DNA of 64,000 nt from Escherichia phage MIZ6. Every line of letters starts with the position of its first letter. Position 1 is the first letter of the stretch. The stretch lies in sequence record OR192075.1, one strand, 5' to 3'. Below, piece after piece: positions 6,762-15,444 of this stretch. The notes beneath the pieces were generated by a model, which was not told the origin of the DNA, ran no database searches, and saw only the letters and a list, made by a program, of their open reading frames with translations. Both the position numbers and the translations under genes were made by a program.

Positions 6762-8250
6762 CGAATACCTCTTTTACTGTATTTGCAGTGGTCTTGTCGT
6801 AGCGAATACGTTTGATGATTGGGAGAAATAAAGAGAACTCCGGTTCATCTTCTTTACGTGATTTGCTGCGGATATACCCGTTGCATGTCATCTCAATAAC
6901 TTTTCCAATCAGGTTATGACGGTCAGCCCATAACATTTCTCGGTCGAGTTCATTTCGACGATCGAACGGAATTACACGTTCAGTACCATCATCACCTTTT
7001 TCGGTTGTAGTGTCGGTTAATCCCGATCCGGTGTTAGTCATCATTCGTCCGCACGCACTACGGACAGTAAAACCGCCTACCTTATTGGGGTCTTTACTAT
7101 GCGGATATACATCAACAATTTCCGCGTCGAAGTCAATCACTTCTTTAAATTTAACCTGATCTTTACTACGGCGATCTTCAAATACACCATGTAAATTTTT
7201 AAGGATAATACCTTCTAAGCCCATGTTGACATAACGATGATATACTTCGCGAGCTTCATCGATATTGTTAACTACAGTGTTTTCGATGATCTGAACACGA
7301 GGATCGTTAAGTTCTTCAACAATCTGTTTTAGTTCTTCGAATCGATCTTTATATTGCTTCGTTGCTTTCTCGTTTCCGTAATACACATCACGGTCGATAA
7401 CATCCCAGACAGTGTAAACAATACATTGGGCTTCTTCTTTTGGAATAGTTCCTTTAAGTGATTTGTTGAGGATACCATTTCCGGTCTGACGATCTGCAAC
7501 AACGGATTCTTTCACTGCTTCCGCTACTGGCGTTAATGGCATTTCCTCTTCTTCAAATATCCATGACAGAGTACCATCATAAACGCTTTCAACGAAGTTC
7601 TGCGCTGGTGTTTGCGAAAGGGTAGGCATATATACCAATTCGCCATCTAGAACAATTCCACGGCCTCGTAGACGCTCTAAAACCGCAAACAAATCATCAA
7701 GCCCTTGATAGGTATTACCTGAGCGGGTATAGATTGCTAATGTTTCCCCGTCAATATCAGCCATACCACGAGCGCCATCGCTTTTAAGTTGTGCATACGC
7801 CGGATACTTGATATTAGCAATAGTCTTATCAGAACATGACGATGCAAGGTGGCACGGCTGCTGGGGGATCAGTTTCTTCCATACCTTGTTTGCAGTAGTA
7901 GCGGAACAACCACATTCCAGATCACGATTCAGGACCATCATTGCAACTTTAGCATCATCTTCTGACAAGCAAGTCAGAGTATCGGTAACTAGCTGTAATG
8001 CTGCATTACCAGTTACTTGACGCGTGGCAAGTTTATTTTTAAAGACCTGTAATGCACCGGATAAAGACAATACAGACGAATAGCGAGACGGTTTATCGTA
8101 TTTCTTTACGCCAAACGTAACCTGTTTGCAATATGCCAGATAAAAGCATTCTTTCAGCGTTTCATTGCTCGCGGATTCTTTCAGAATCTTTTCTTTCAGC
8201 GATGTTTTGTCTGTTGCTGCAAGCTGATTAATGATATTAAGAATTGACAT
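6754..8250 (-). CDS. 30: ATP-dependent DNA ligase (T4 gp30-like)
   Basis: KxDG adenylation motif (QLKSDGARG); T4 gp30-like length and C-terminus; ATG at 8250 with RBS GAGGTGAAA. Confidence 0.9.
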   Translation of the reverse strand: MSILNIINQLAATDKTSLKEKILKESASNETLKECFYLAYCKQVTFGVKKYDKPSRYSSVLSLSGALQVFKNKLATRQVTGNAALQLVTDTLTCLSEDDAKVAMMVLNRDLECGCSATTANKVWKKLIPQQPCHLASSCSDKTIANIKYPAYAQLKSDGARGMADIDGETLAIYTRSGNTYQGLDDLFAVLERLRGRGIVLDGELVYMPTLSQTPAQNFVESVYDGTLSWIFEEEEMPLTPVAEAVKESVVADRQTGNGILNKSLKGTIPKEEAQCIVYTVWDVIDRDVYYGNEKATKQYKDRFEELKQIVEELNDPRVQIIENTVVNNIDEAREVYHRYVNMGLEGIILKNLHGVFEDRRSKDQVKFKEVIDFDAEIVDVYPHSKDPNKVGGFTVRSACGRMMTNTGSGLTDTTTEKGDDGTERVIPFDRRNELDREMLWADRHNLIGKVIEMTCNGYIRSKSRKEDEPEFSLFLPIIKRIRYDKTTANTVKEVFDV

Positions 8251-8716
8251 TTTCACCTCGTTTTGTTAAACGTTCACGAATATCATTGAGGATACTACAA
8301 AATTCCGATTCAGTCAATATAGTCTTTAACGGATCAGTTCCACCTATGCTATGACGTAATTTCTTATTTCCGGTAGAGAGTAATGCTTTACAAAATTCTG
8401 GGTTATTCCGTGCCATCGTAACAAATGCCAGATGTACCAGTCTGTAATAATGCTCACTCATTCGATGAATCGGGCGACCCTGAAAATATAACATGTGATT
8501 CTCAATCTTTTCAGTTCTTCCGGTTCTTTTTGCTTTGCCACCGTGCATCAAAAAGATTTCTCTTTGTCTCTGAGGGTTCTTAAATCTTAGCCCCTGTAAA
8601 AATCCTTCTGTGCTGTTAATATCGCAACCAAATAGACGGAATGGTCTTTTATTGAAATTACTCAATTCACCCGATGGATAAGGTCCACCCGCATAGATAT
8701 CAATTTCAGAAGTCAT
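8237..8716 (-). CDS. NADAR (YbiA/DUF1768-like) domain protein
   Basis: GELSNF ... FLQGLRF ... SEHYY motifs resembling E. coli YbiA. Confidence 0.6.
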   Translation of the reverse strand: MTSEIDIYAGGPYPSGELSNFNKRPFRLFGCDINSTEGFLQGLRFKNPQRQREIFLMHGGKAKRTGRTEKIENHMLYFQGRPIHRMSEHYYRLVHLAFVTMARNNPEFCKALLSTGNKKLRHSIGGTDPLKTILTESEFCSILNDIRERLTKRGENVNS

Positions 8717-8870
8717 TGAAACTAATCTCGCTAATCAGAGAGAACGGATCATAATCGTCATTAGGAATATCGATAGTAATCGAATGAGGGTTTACCCATA
8801 CACCAAACTGGTCTTCTTCGGTGAATACTTCGGTATGGATTTCGTGGATGTTTACATTCATAGTTTTCAT
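8706..8870 (-). CDS. small hypothetical protein (54 aa)
   Basis: hand-translated; RBS AAGGAAAT; stop overlaps NADAR start. Confidence 0.45.
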   Translation of the reverse strand: MKTMNVNIHEIHTEVFTEEDQFGVWVNPHSITIDIPNDDYDPFSLISEISFNDF

Positions 8871-8910
8871 AATAAAATTTCCTTAATAATCAATAACTTA
8901 CAAAATCATA

Positions 8911-8942
8911 TAGCCAAAATATAGGCGGGATTATTTCCCGCC
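8911..8942 (-). terminator. putative terminator
   Basis: hairpin GGCGGGATTATTTCCCGCC then T-rich tract on minus strand. Confidence 0.45.
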
Positions 8943-8953
8943 GTTTAAAATCA

Positions 8954-9277
8954 TTAACCGTAAACTACCACAATATTCTGTTTGTGCGTTACAGTCCATT
9001 TCAGGTCGATCTCTTCTTCCTTCTTAACGCCGTTAATAACGTCTGGATGAGGAACTTTATTCATCTTGCCATGTGGCAGTAAAACAGTTTTACCCAGCAA
9101 TTCTTTATCTACCGTTTCACCGATATCAATAATCTTACCTACCAGCGGAATCTCGCCCATAGTGCGCTTTTGCTCAATAATGATCCCCATAGAGCTTTTT
9201 ACTTCTGTCCCTGCGCTTTCTGCTTTAGCTTCAATAATCACATAGTCACCAAGTGCTTTAGGAGTTTTAACGGTCAT
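8954..9277 (-). CDS. 31: co-chaperonin GroES-like (T4 gp31-like)
   Basis: about 107 aa, GroES-like pattern; synteny between cd and 30; RBS AAGAGGTAA. Confidence 0.7.
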   Translation of the reverse strand: MTVKTPKALGDYVIIEAKAESAGTEVKSSMGIIIEQKRTMGEIPLVGKIIDIGETVDKELLGKTVLLPHGKMNKVPHPDVINGVKKEEEIDLKWTVTHKQNIVVVYG

Positions 9278-9318
9278 AATTTTATTACCTCTTCAAATCA
9301 ATACAGTTTAATGATGAA

Positions 9319-9633
9319 TTATTTATAAATTTCGACGATCTGCGCTGGAGTCAGCCCGTCTACATTAATCAGACTATCAAGCCCAAAACTACGGAAACCT
9401 TCAACTGCAATTTCATATACTGGCAAAGATGTTTCTGATTCTTTACGCGGTTTTTCAACATTAGGAACTAACCACTTTTCGTATGTTTCGAAAGGCATCA
9501 GTGCCGGATCTCGCGTGGCGATCATCTCACGGACAGTACCATCTTTCTTAGTAAACTGCAAAGAGTGAGTACCGACCGAAAACATTTTCTTTAGTGCTTC
9601 ACGAAGTGCGATATTATCAACTTGTTCAGTCAT
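9319..9633 (-). CDS. hypothetical protein
   Basis: ORF; ATG at 9633. Confidence 0.5.
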   Translation of the reverse strand: MTEQVDNIALREALKKMFSVGTHSLQFTKKDGTVREMIATRDPALMPFETYEKWLVPNVEKPRKESETSLPVYEIAVEGFRSFGLDSLINVDGLTPAQIVEIYK

Positions 9634-10132
9634 TATCAATACCCTTCAAATCAGTCAATAATGCTTTTGGAATACGCGTGATCGTAATATCTGCATTATT
9701 CAGAATATCAGCCCAATCACGCCCACCATTTCGATCATATGTGTCGCAATAGTATAGATGTTTAATTCCACTGTTTGCAATTGCTTTAGCGCAATCTGGA
9801 CACGGTGAAGCAGTACACCACATACTAGCGCCTTCAATCGATACACCGCTACGTGCAGCAAACAAAATAGCATTTAATTCAGCGTGGATTTCGTTTTTCT
9901 GTGACCATGCGCTATGTTCTGGTCGTTTTTCTGGGATCATTTTGCCGTCATCATCCAGCCAACCGTTTTTATGTGCATGACAGCTACAATTTACTTGCCC
10001 TGCTGGAGTTCCGTTAAATCCAGTAGAAATGATTCGCCCGTCTTTTTCAATTAGTGCGCCTACCTTCCACGAAACGCATTTAGAGTTCTTTGCGATTAGA
10101 TAGGCGATCTGCATGTAAGTTTGTGACAACAT
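9626..10132 (-). CDS. cd: dCMP deaminase
   Basis: HAELNAI and PCPDCA zinc-binding motifs; aligns to T4 Cd N-terminus (QIAYL...SKC.SWKVGA.IEK.GRIISTG.NG.PAG). Confidence 0.9.
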   Translation of the reverse strand: MLSQTYMQIAYLIAKNSKCVSWKVGALIEKDGRIISTGFNGTPAGQVNCSCHAHKNGWLDDDGKMIPEKRPEHSAWSQKNEIHAELNAILFAARSGVSIEGASMWCTASPCPDCAKAIANSGIKHLYYCDTYDRNGGRDWADILNNADITITRIPKALLTDLKGIDND

Positions 10133-10158
10133 AATATAATCCTCACATCACATATTAA

Positions 10159-10362
10159 TTAACCGTATACGCGAAAGTATTCTACTGATCCGTCGCTATA
10201 CTGTTTTACATTGAATGTATTCACACCATGATTATTTCTCATGATGACATATACACTGCGACGTTCATCGCTAAACGGCATAACTGGCGCTGGTTCAATA
10301 TCAACACTAAAACCACGTTTAGCAAGTGCTTCGCCTAATTGCTTGAGTTTATCGGTAAACAT
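10159..10362 (-). CDS. hypothetical protein
   Basis: ORF; ATG overlaps pseT stop. Confidence 0.5.
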   Translation of the reverse strand: MFTDKLKQLGEALAKRGFSVDIEPAPVMPFSDERRSVYVIMRNNHGVNTFNVKQYSDGSVEYFRVYG

Positions 10363-11240
10363 TAAAAGTCTCCGTAGTTAACCTGAAAACATTCTACACC
10401 AATTGAGCGGTACATGTCAACCACTTGATCACGGTCATCTACTGCCAACACAACATGATAACGCGGTGCAATTTCAGAGAAGAAAATCTCTTTCTTCACT
10501 TCATGATCAGGACGACGATCATTAGTTTCACGTTGAAAATGATCGCTAGGTTCAATACCCTGTTCACGCAGCCATTGCAGAGTATCTTCTTCGCAAACAT
10601 CCTCACGCCCTGAGCATGTAATGATACGATAACCATTATCACGATACAGTTTAAGCATTTCGATCACTTGCGGACGCGGTTTATCTTCTTTGACCTTTGT
10701 CCAGTCAAACGGATGACGACCGCCCTTATCCGCTAATGTTCCATCAATATCAAAGATCACTGCCTTCGGCAGCATGGTATTCGGTTTGTATACTTCTTGA
10801 CCCATATATTCCTGCATCAGATAAAATTGGTTGCGCAAATTAGAAAGTGGAATTGCTTTCTCGCCGCGATAGAAATTACGTTTCTTTAGTGTCTCAAATG
10901 ATTCATTGAACACTTGTTCAGTATACACCGCGTTAAATTCTTTTGCAAGTTCTTTGTAGAATACACGATGTTTTTCTTTCAGGTTGGTATCGGAGATAAT
11001 GATACTCAATCCGCGTGATAGAGTCTCACGAGCAATCATTCTCTGAATAGACTCTACCAGCTTTTCTTTTTCCTTAGTATACTTGTATTTCAAATGTGAG
11101 TCAACACCAAACAACATAAGACGAAGATCATCACGATTCACATTACGATAATTACTAAACCGTTTACACGTTTCCATAGCCCATGTAGTTTTACCGGACC
11201 CAGAACAACCAACGGTTAAAATCACTTCACATTTCGGCAT
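10362..11240 (-). CDS. pseT: polynucleotide 5'-kinase/3'-phosphatase
   Basis: P-loop GCSGSGKTTWA near N-terminus; HAD motif DIDGTL; T4 Pnk-like length; ATG at 11240 with RBS AAGGAGAAATA. Confidence 0.9.
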   Translation of the reverse strand: MPKCEVILTVGCSGSGKTTWAMETCKRFSNYRNVNRDDLRLMLFGVDSHLKYKYTKEKEKLVESIQRMIARETLSRGLSIIISDTNLKEKHRVFYKELAKEFNAVYTEQVFNESFETLKKRNFYRGEKAIPLSNLRNQFYLMQEYMGQEVYKPNTMLPKAVIFDIDGTLADKGGRHPFDWTKVKEDKPRPQVIEMLKLYRDNGYRIITCSGREDVCEEDTLQWLREQGIEPSDHFQRETNDRRPDHEVKKEIFFSEIAPRYHVVLAVDDRDQVVDMYRSIGVECFQVNYGDF

Positions 11241-11692
11241 TATTTCTCCTTCGGTTTGCACCGTTCCTCATTAAGTTCTTTTCGATAATAACACATGATC
11301 AACTTACTTTCAAGTGTATATCTCTTAATATCCGCAAGCCAGACTCTGAATTTTTGGGAGTCCTCCCACGACATAGAAACTCTAGGTTTACCGTCTATTG
11401 TATCCACTTTCAGGTCAATGTCAACTTTTTCTATTGGTGCTGGTAGTTGAGGATGTAATTTCGGTTCCTGTGAATAATGGTCCATTGTACACGAAGAAAG
11501 AGCAAATACAATAGGTACAACGAAGACATGGATTATTGCGGTCTGAAAATTCTTATGTGCTTTCTTAAACATCCAGTGTATCACGAAAATTGAAAACACC
11601 ATCAGGATAATAATGCTTGCACATATCCCCAGATAATCAACCAGATTAAAATTGCTTATCTGCTCTTGCGTAGGCAATATTTCTATGCTCAT
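11240..11692 (-). CDS. membrane protein with internal lipobox (putative o-spanin-like, T4 PseT.2 position)
   Basis: two hydrophobic segments; lipobox ALSSC; translationally coupled to upstream TM/coiled-coil gene; RBS AAGGAGG. Confidence 0.4.
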   Translation of the reverse strand: MSIEILPTQEQISNFNLVDYLGICASIIILMVFSIFVIHWMFKKAHKNFQTAIIHVFVVPIVFALSSCTMDHYSQEPKLHPQLPAPIEKVDIDLKVDTIDGKPRVSMSWEDSQKFRVWLADIKRYTLESKLIMCYYRKELNEERCKPKEK

Positions 11693-12012
11693 TTAGTAGC
11701 CTCCTTTAATTCTTCGGTAAACTCCTTAAATGAATCATTAAGCTGTTTCTCTACCAACTTGGGTTTTTGTGCTACTACATAGCCTCGTGTAGCGTCTTTC
11801 ATTGCTTTGTTTTGTTCTTCTGCAAACTTAGTTCTTATTCCGTACATATCCTTTTGTAGTGAGTCTACGACCTTCATCTTTTCATCTGTCTTTTTCTTAT
11901 ACTCTGTAAATTCCTGATTCAGTCGATCTACCTCCTTTTTATTTTCCCACCACATATTGCCACCTACCCCCAGCAACACAGATATGATAACAATGTATAT
12001 CAGCTTTGACAT
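11689..12012 (-). CDS. putative i-spanin-like protein (T4 PseT.3 position)
   Basis: N-terminal TM (LIYIVIISVLLGVGG) then charged coiled-coil; synteny with T4 spanins between rnlA and pseT. Confidence 0.45.
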   Translation of the reverse strand: MSKLIYIVIISVLLGVGGNMWWENKKEVDRLNQEFTEYKKKTDEKMKVVDSLQKDMYGIRTKFAEEQNKAMKDATRGYVVAQKPKLVEKQLNDSFKEFTEELKEATK

Positions 12013-12023
12013 ATTACCCCCAA

Positions 12024-12050
12024 CGACAAAAGGCGGGGAACTAGCCCCGC
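12024..12050 (-). terminator. rho-independent terminator after rnlA
   Basis: hairpin GCGGGGCTAGTTCCCCGC plus T-run on minus strand. Confidence 0.55.
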
Positions 12051-12056
12051 TTATTA

Positions 12057-13226
12057 TTACCAATCAATCTTATCAGCCGGAATCAGTTTCTTATAATTCC
12101 GTAGATAGTAAGTTTTCATTGAATCCAGAATACGGTCATAATCAAGACCATCAAATGCAATCATCAGACACATGAAAATATATGCTTGTGCATCACCATG
12201 TTTACGTGATTCGATAGTCGCATTGGATGCATATGTCTTTCTGTCTTCTCCCGCGTGTGCGTTATAAAATTCTGTTGCTGTCGTGAAGGCATTGCGAAGA
12301 ATAGACCTGAATGCCTCCTCGAATAGCTCGATTCGTTCCAGTGCTTCCGGTTCGCCTTCATATGCAGCACGCAAATCATCGGTTTCGCTTTCTACGACAT
12401 AGTAGATCAGATTATTAGGAAACATCGATGTGTTTTTAATGTTATGCACACCAATATACCATTCACTCTTCACTTTGAACATTTGACCGTCTTTAGTGCG
12501 TGCAACAATTCCTTCGATACCTTCTGCGGTCCGAACTTCATCAAGAATATTGCTAAAACGCGCTGAATCAACCTGTAACGCATTTACCAGATGAGGACGT
12601 AGGATTGCGTCAGCAAATAGCATTTGATGCGGTACGTACTCTCCTGTGACGTTATGGCGTACATTCAGAAGTGTTAGCGACGGTTCAGAATATTCTACAA
12701 CAATTCGGTTGCTGGGTGCTGTATATTCAAAGTTGAAAGTATAATCAGACCCAATATCAGCAATCTTAGCGCGTAGATCCGCATACTTCTCTGAATACAG
12801 AAGACCGTTTGCTCTCTCTGCCTGGCTTGAGTACAAGGCCGCTTTAGACTTCAACTGAACATAGCCGTTATCAATGTAGGTGCTTACTAGACTACCGTCC
12901 ATTTTGTCCATGACCATTTCCACATCTTCCGGCTTAAAGCGAGCGCGATCATTCTCGCCTAAATTAAAAAACTTCTCCATAGGACGAGATGCAATGCGGA
13001 CCGGACGACCTTTATCGTCAATTTCAAACATGATCCCGCGACACTCTAACGCATCTGGTTTATTCCACATTTCCGGTTTGCTCAAGTACAGATAACTAAA
13101 AATGCGCATACGGGTTTGCATCGCCGTAATTTCATCTTTGTAATAGAACGTATCAGATCCGTCACATAGTGCCATCAGATTTTTGAACAATGCTAAAACT
13201 TTTTTGTTGTTTTCTTTTGTTGACAT
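12057..13226 (-). CDS. rnlA: RNA ligase 1
   Basis: aligns to T4 Rnl1 (ALECRGIMFE...RIASRPMEKFFNL.EN; KxDG as DKMDGSL). Confidence 0.9.
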   Translation of the reverse strand: MSTKENNKKVLALFKNLMALCDGSDTFYYKDEITAMQTRMRIFSYLYLSKPEMWNKPDALECRGIMFEIDDKGRPVRIASRPMEKFFNLGENDRARFKPEDVEMVMDKMDGSLVSTYIDNGYVQLKSKAALYSSQAERANGLLYSEKYADLRAKIADIGSDYTFNFEYTAPSNRIVVEYSEPSLTLLNVRHNVTGEYVPHQMLFADAILRPHLVNALQVDSARFSNILDEVRTAEGIEGIVARTKDGQMFKVKSEWYIGVHNIKNTSMFPNNLIYYVVESETDDLRAAYEGEPEALERIELFEEAFRSILRNAFTTATEFYNAHAGEDRKTYASNATIESRKHGDAQAYIFMCLMIAFDGLDYDRILDSMKTYYLRNYKKLIPADKIDW

Positions 13227-13623
13227 AATTTGTGTTCCATTCTGGTTTAAATTTGGTGATCAAAACAGGTTCTTCGATATCGGCAGTGCTTATAATATCC
13301 TTACCCGTTGGATTCTCGATGTACAACTCAAAGCACTGTCGGTAATAGAATGTTACTGTCTTACCTTCCTCTAGCGCCTTATGAATATTCTTACTCTTGC
13401 GAGTATCCGCTGTTGGTGTTTGTCTGTTAATGCTAGTCCGGTAATAATTGATCCGCTTTCTGAGATTGACAGTCTGACCAATGTATACCAGTTCATCATC
13501 AACAACAATAGCGTAAAGAACATTTAAACGGTTCTTCTGAGGCGGCAGAATCACATCACCATCTTTACACTCTAAACATGAATATTTAACGAATCCATAG
13601 TTTTCTATTAGCTCATTAATCAT
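13162..13623 (-). CDS. denA: GIY-YIG nuclease, endonuclease II-like
   Basis: VLYAIVVDDELVYIGQT.NLRKRINYYRT GIY-YIG core; position between nrdB and rnlA as in T4. Confidence 0.6.
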   Translation of the reverse strand: MINELIENYGFVKYSCLECKDGDVILPPQKNRLNVLYAIVVDDELVYIGQTVNLRKRINYYRTSINRQTPTADTRKSKNIHKALEEGKTVTFYYRQCFELYIENPTGKDIISTADIEEPVLITKFKPEWNTNYVNKRKQQKSFSIVQKSDGTM

Positions 13624-13639
13624 TATCCTTTCCTCACGT

Positions 13640-13666
13640 CACAACAAAGGCGGGATTTCTCCCGCC
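13640..13666 (-). terminator. rho-independent terminator
   Basis: hairpin GGCGGGAGAAATCCCGCC plus TTTGTTGT on minus strand. Confidence 0.5.
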
Positions 13667-13673
13667 CACCTTA

Positions 13674-14072
13674 TTAACTTTCCAGAATATCGCGAGCTTC
13701 GTTACGCTCCTTGATGATTTTCAGGACAAATTCCAGTTTTTCTTTGTTCAGTGTTCCGTTTTCCATTGCTTCTTTGACGGTAAACACTCCGCCACCTTGC
13801 CCGTATACAGTGACAGTGATTTCACCTAACATCGTGGTATGAAAACCGCCAATTTTCGGTGATTCGAAAGAAACAATTACCTCGCGAACAGTATTACCGT
13901 CGTTGATTTCTGAGAGGGTAATGTCGTTTTTGTAGGCGGTTGCTTTAACCATACGGATCAGCATAGTCTGATCTGGGGAGATGGTCATTTTGTCCATTGC
14001 ATGTTGCAATGCAGCGTAACCGAAAACTTTAACGAAGTCCAGAACATCTTTGCGAGTTTGAAATTTAATCAT
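13674..14072 (-). CDS. hypothetical protein
   Basis: ORF with RBS AAGGAGTACC and promoter cassette. Confidence 0.55.
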   Translation of the reverse strand: MIKFQTRKDVLDFVKVFGYAALQHAMDKMTISPDQTMLIRMVKATAYKNDITLSEINDGNTVREVIVSFESPKIGGFHTTMLGEITVTVYGQGGGVFTVKEAMENGTLNKEKLEFVLKIIKERNEARDILES

Positions 14073-14142
14073 CTTGGTACTCCTTAGTTGTTTTGGTGTG
14101 GGAGTATCTTACTACTCCCGTGATATGCTGTCAACTGCTTTT

Positions 14143-14292
14143 TTATGCAACCGCAAACATCAACATTTGAACATTCTTGGCTGTCTGGCTTTCAAAGTTC
14201 TGACATTCTTTGATAATGTCCTCTACTTTCTCGCCGGAGATCTCCGCGTAAGTTTCGATTGCCATTTTCAGTACCGCGTCAAAGTTGTTCAT
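14143..14292 (-). CDS. small hypothetical protein (49 aa)
   Basis: hand-translated; GGAGAATCAAA RBS and promoter cassette; not in track. Confidence 0.45.
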   Translation of the reverse strand: MNNFDAVLKMAIETYAEISGEKVEDIIKECQNFESQTAKNVQMLMFAVA

Positions 14293-14361
14293 TTGATTCT
14301 CCTTAAAGTGTATTTCGTTTCGATGGGGGGGTATATTACTACCCCCGTTTCATGCTGTCAA

Positions 14362-14580
14362 CTACTTTTTAATGACAAGTTCGAATTTTGCTACCTTGCG
14401 TCCTCGTTTATTGAAAGCAACCCACGGACGGTTTTCAATGTAGAACAATTCTTCACCAATAATGAATACTGGCTGATTGTAAAGGCGACCCATCAGGTCA
14501 CGCTGGCGAATGGTAGTAGATTCGTATACTTCGCCTACTACAAAGTGTTTGCTGATAGAGTCGGTGCAAGTAAATTTCAT
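14362..14580 (-). CDS. hypothetical protein
   Basis: ORF; promoter cassette. Confidence 0.5.
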   Translation of the reverse strand: MKFTCTDSISKHFVVGEVYESTTIRQRDLMGRLYNQPVFIIGEELFYIENRPWVAFNKRGRKVAKFELVIKK

Positions 14581-14648
14581 TTTGATTCTCCTTTGTTTTC
14601 TTGATGGGAGTATCTTACTACCCCCCGTTATTCAGTGTCAACTACTTT

Positions 14649-14867
14649 TTACTTGTTGTATTCATTCCACCACTGGGTGAGCTTATCAATTATTTTTGTG
14701 TTTCTATCCAACTTCTCCCACCGTTTTCTATGGTTTATCAACCGGAATAGGTAAGGTGTACTTGTTAAGTGAACTCGGTCAATGTAGTGATTGATGTACT
14801 GCTTTTCGATTCTAAGTTTCATCTTTTTACGATGAAAATATGCAATGACTTGTTCTTCTGTTTCCAT
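14649..14867 (-). CDS. hypothetical protein
   Basis: ORF; RBS GGAGGAA; promoter cassette. Confidence 0.5.
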   Translation of the reverse strand: METEEQVIAYFHRKKMKLRIEKQYINHYIDRVHLTSTPYLFRLINHRKRWEKLDRNTKIIDKLTQWWNEYNK

Positions 14868-14927
14868 ATGTTCCTCCGTTTCGATGGGTGCATTATGCTA
14901 TACCCCGATCCGATTGTCAACACCCAA

Positions 14928-14956
14928 TAACAAAAAAGTCGCCACTATGGGCGACT
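14928..14956 (-). terminator. rho-independent terminator
   Basis: hairpin AGTCGCCCATAGTGGCGACT plus T-run on minus strand. Confidence 0.55.
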
Positions 14957-14967
14957 TTGAACAAACA

Positions 14968-15444
14968 TTAATCATGACCGTGATTTGCAATATCCGCTCG
15001 CGTCTTATCTTTGTGATTTCCTACGTCAAAGACACGATAACCATTTTCACGCAAAACTTTAATCACTTCTGGGTTATCCTCAAAGACTCCGACAACTTCA
15101 TCTTTATCAAAGGATTTAATTACCTCTAATTTGATGTGATAGTCTTTACGGGAATCGGTACGGCCTCTCATAAAGATTTTATCAAAACACACCCCGTTAG
15201 AAATTAACCAATCAATTGTTTCCATGTAAGCATGTGAACTTCGTCCGGTGAGGATGTAAATCAAATGCCCGTTGTCGGAAAGAGCATTAATAACACGAAT
15301 TACATCGTAAATGGGGGAATCTCCCCCACATGCCTTGTTATATTCGATCCATGACTCGACTTTATCAAGATTTTCGGTTGGCATCTTTGCTAGTCGATGC
15401 GTTGGATCTGTGATCGTAAAATCTAAATCGACAAAATATATCAT
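14968..15444 (-). CDS. HAD-superfamily phosphatase-like protein
   Basis: N-terminal DLDFT (DxD) motif; start coupled to nrdB stop. Confidence 0.45.
   Translation of the reverse strand: MIYFVDLDFTITDPTHRLAKMPTENLDKVESWIEYNKACGGDSPIYDVIRVINALSDNGHLIYILTGRSSHAYMETIDWLISNGVCFDKIFMRGRTDSRKDYHIKLEVIKSFDKDEVVGVFEDNPEVIKVLRENGYRVFDVGNHKDKTRADIANHGHD

Noticed and set aside
12164-12379. 71-aa ORF in an alternative frame
   Set aside because: Lies wholly inside rnlA in another frame; no RBS
13162-13623. GIY-YIG ORF first read as a Seg-type homing endonuclease
   Set aside because: Size, core motif and position between nrdB and rnlA fit endonuclease II (denA) better
14074-14604. 176-aa plus-strand ORF
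   Set aside because: Antisense to three short minus-strand genes and their promoter cassettes; TTG start without RBS
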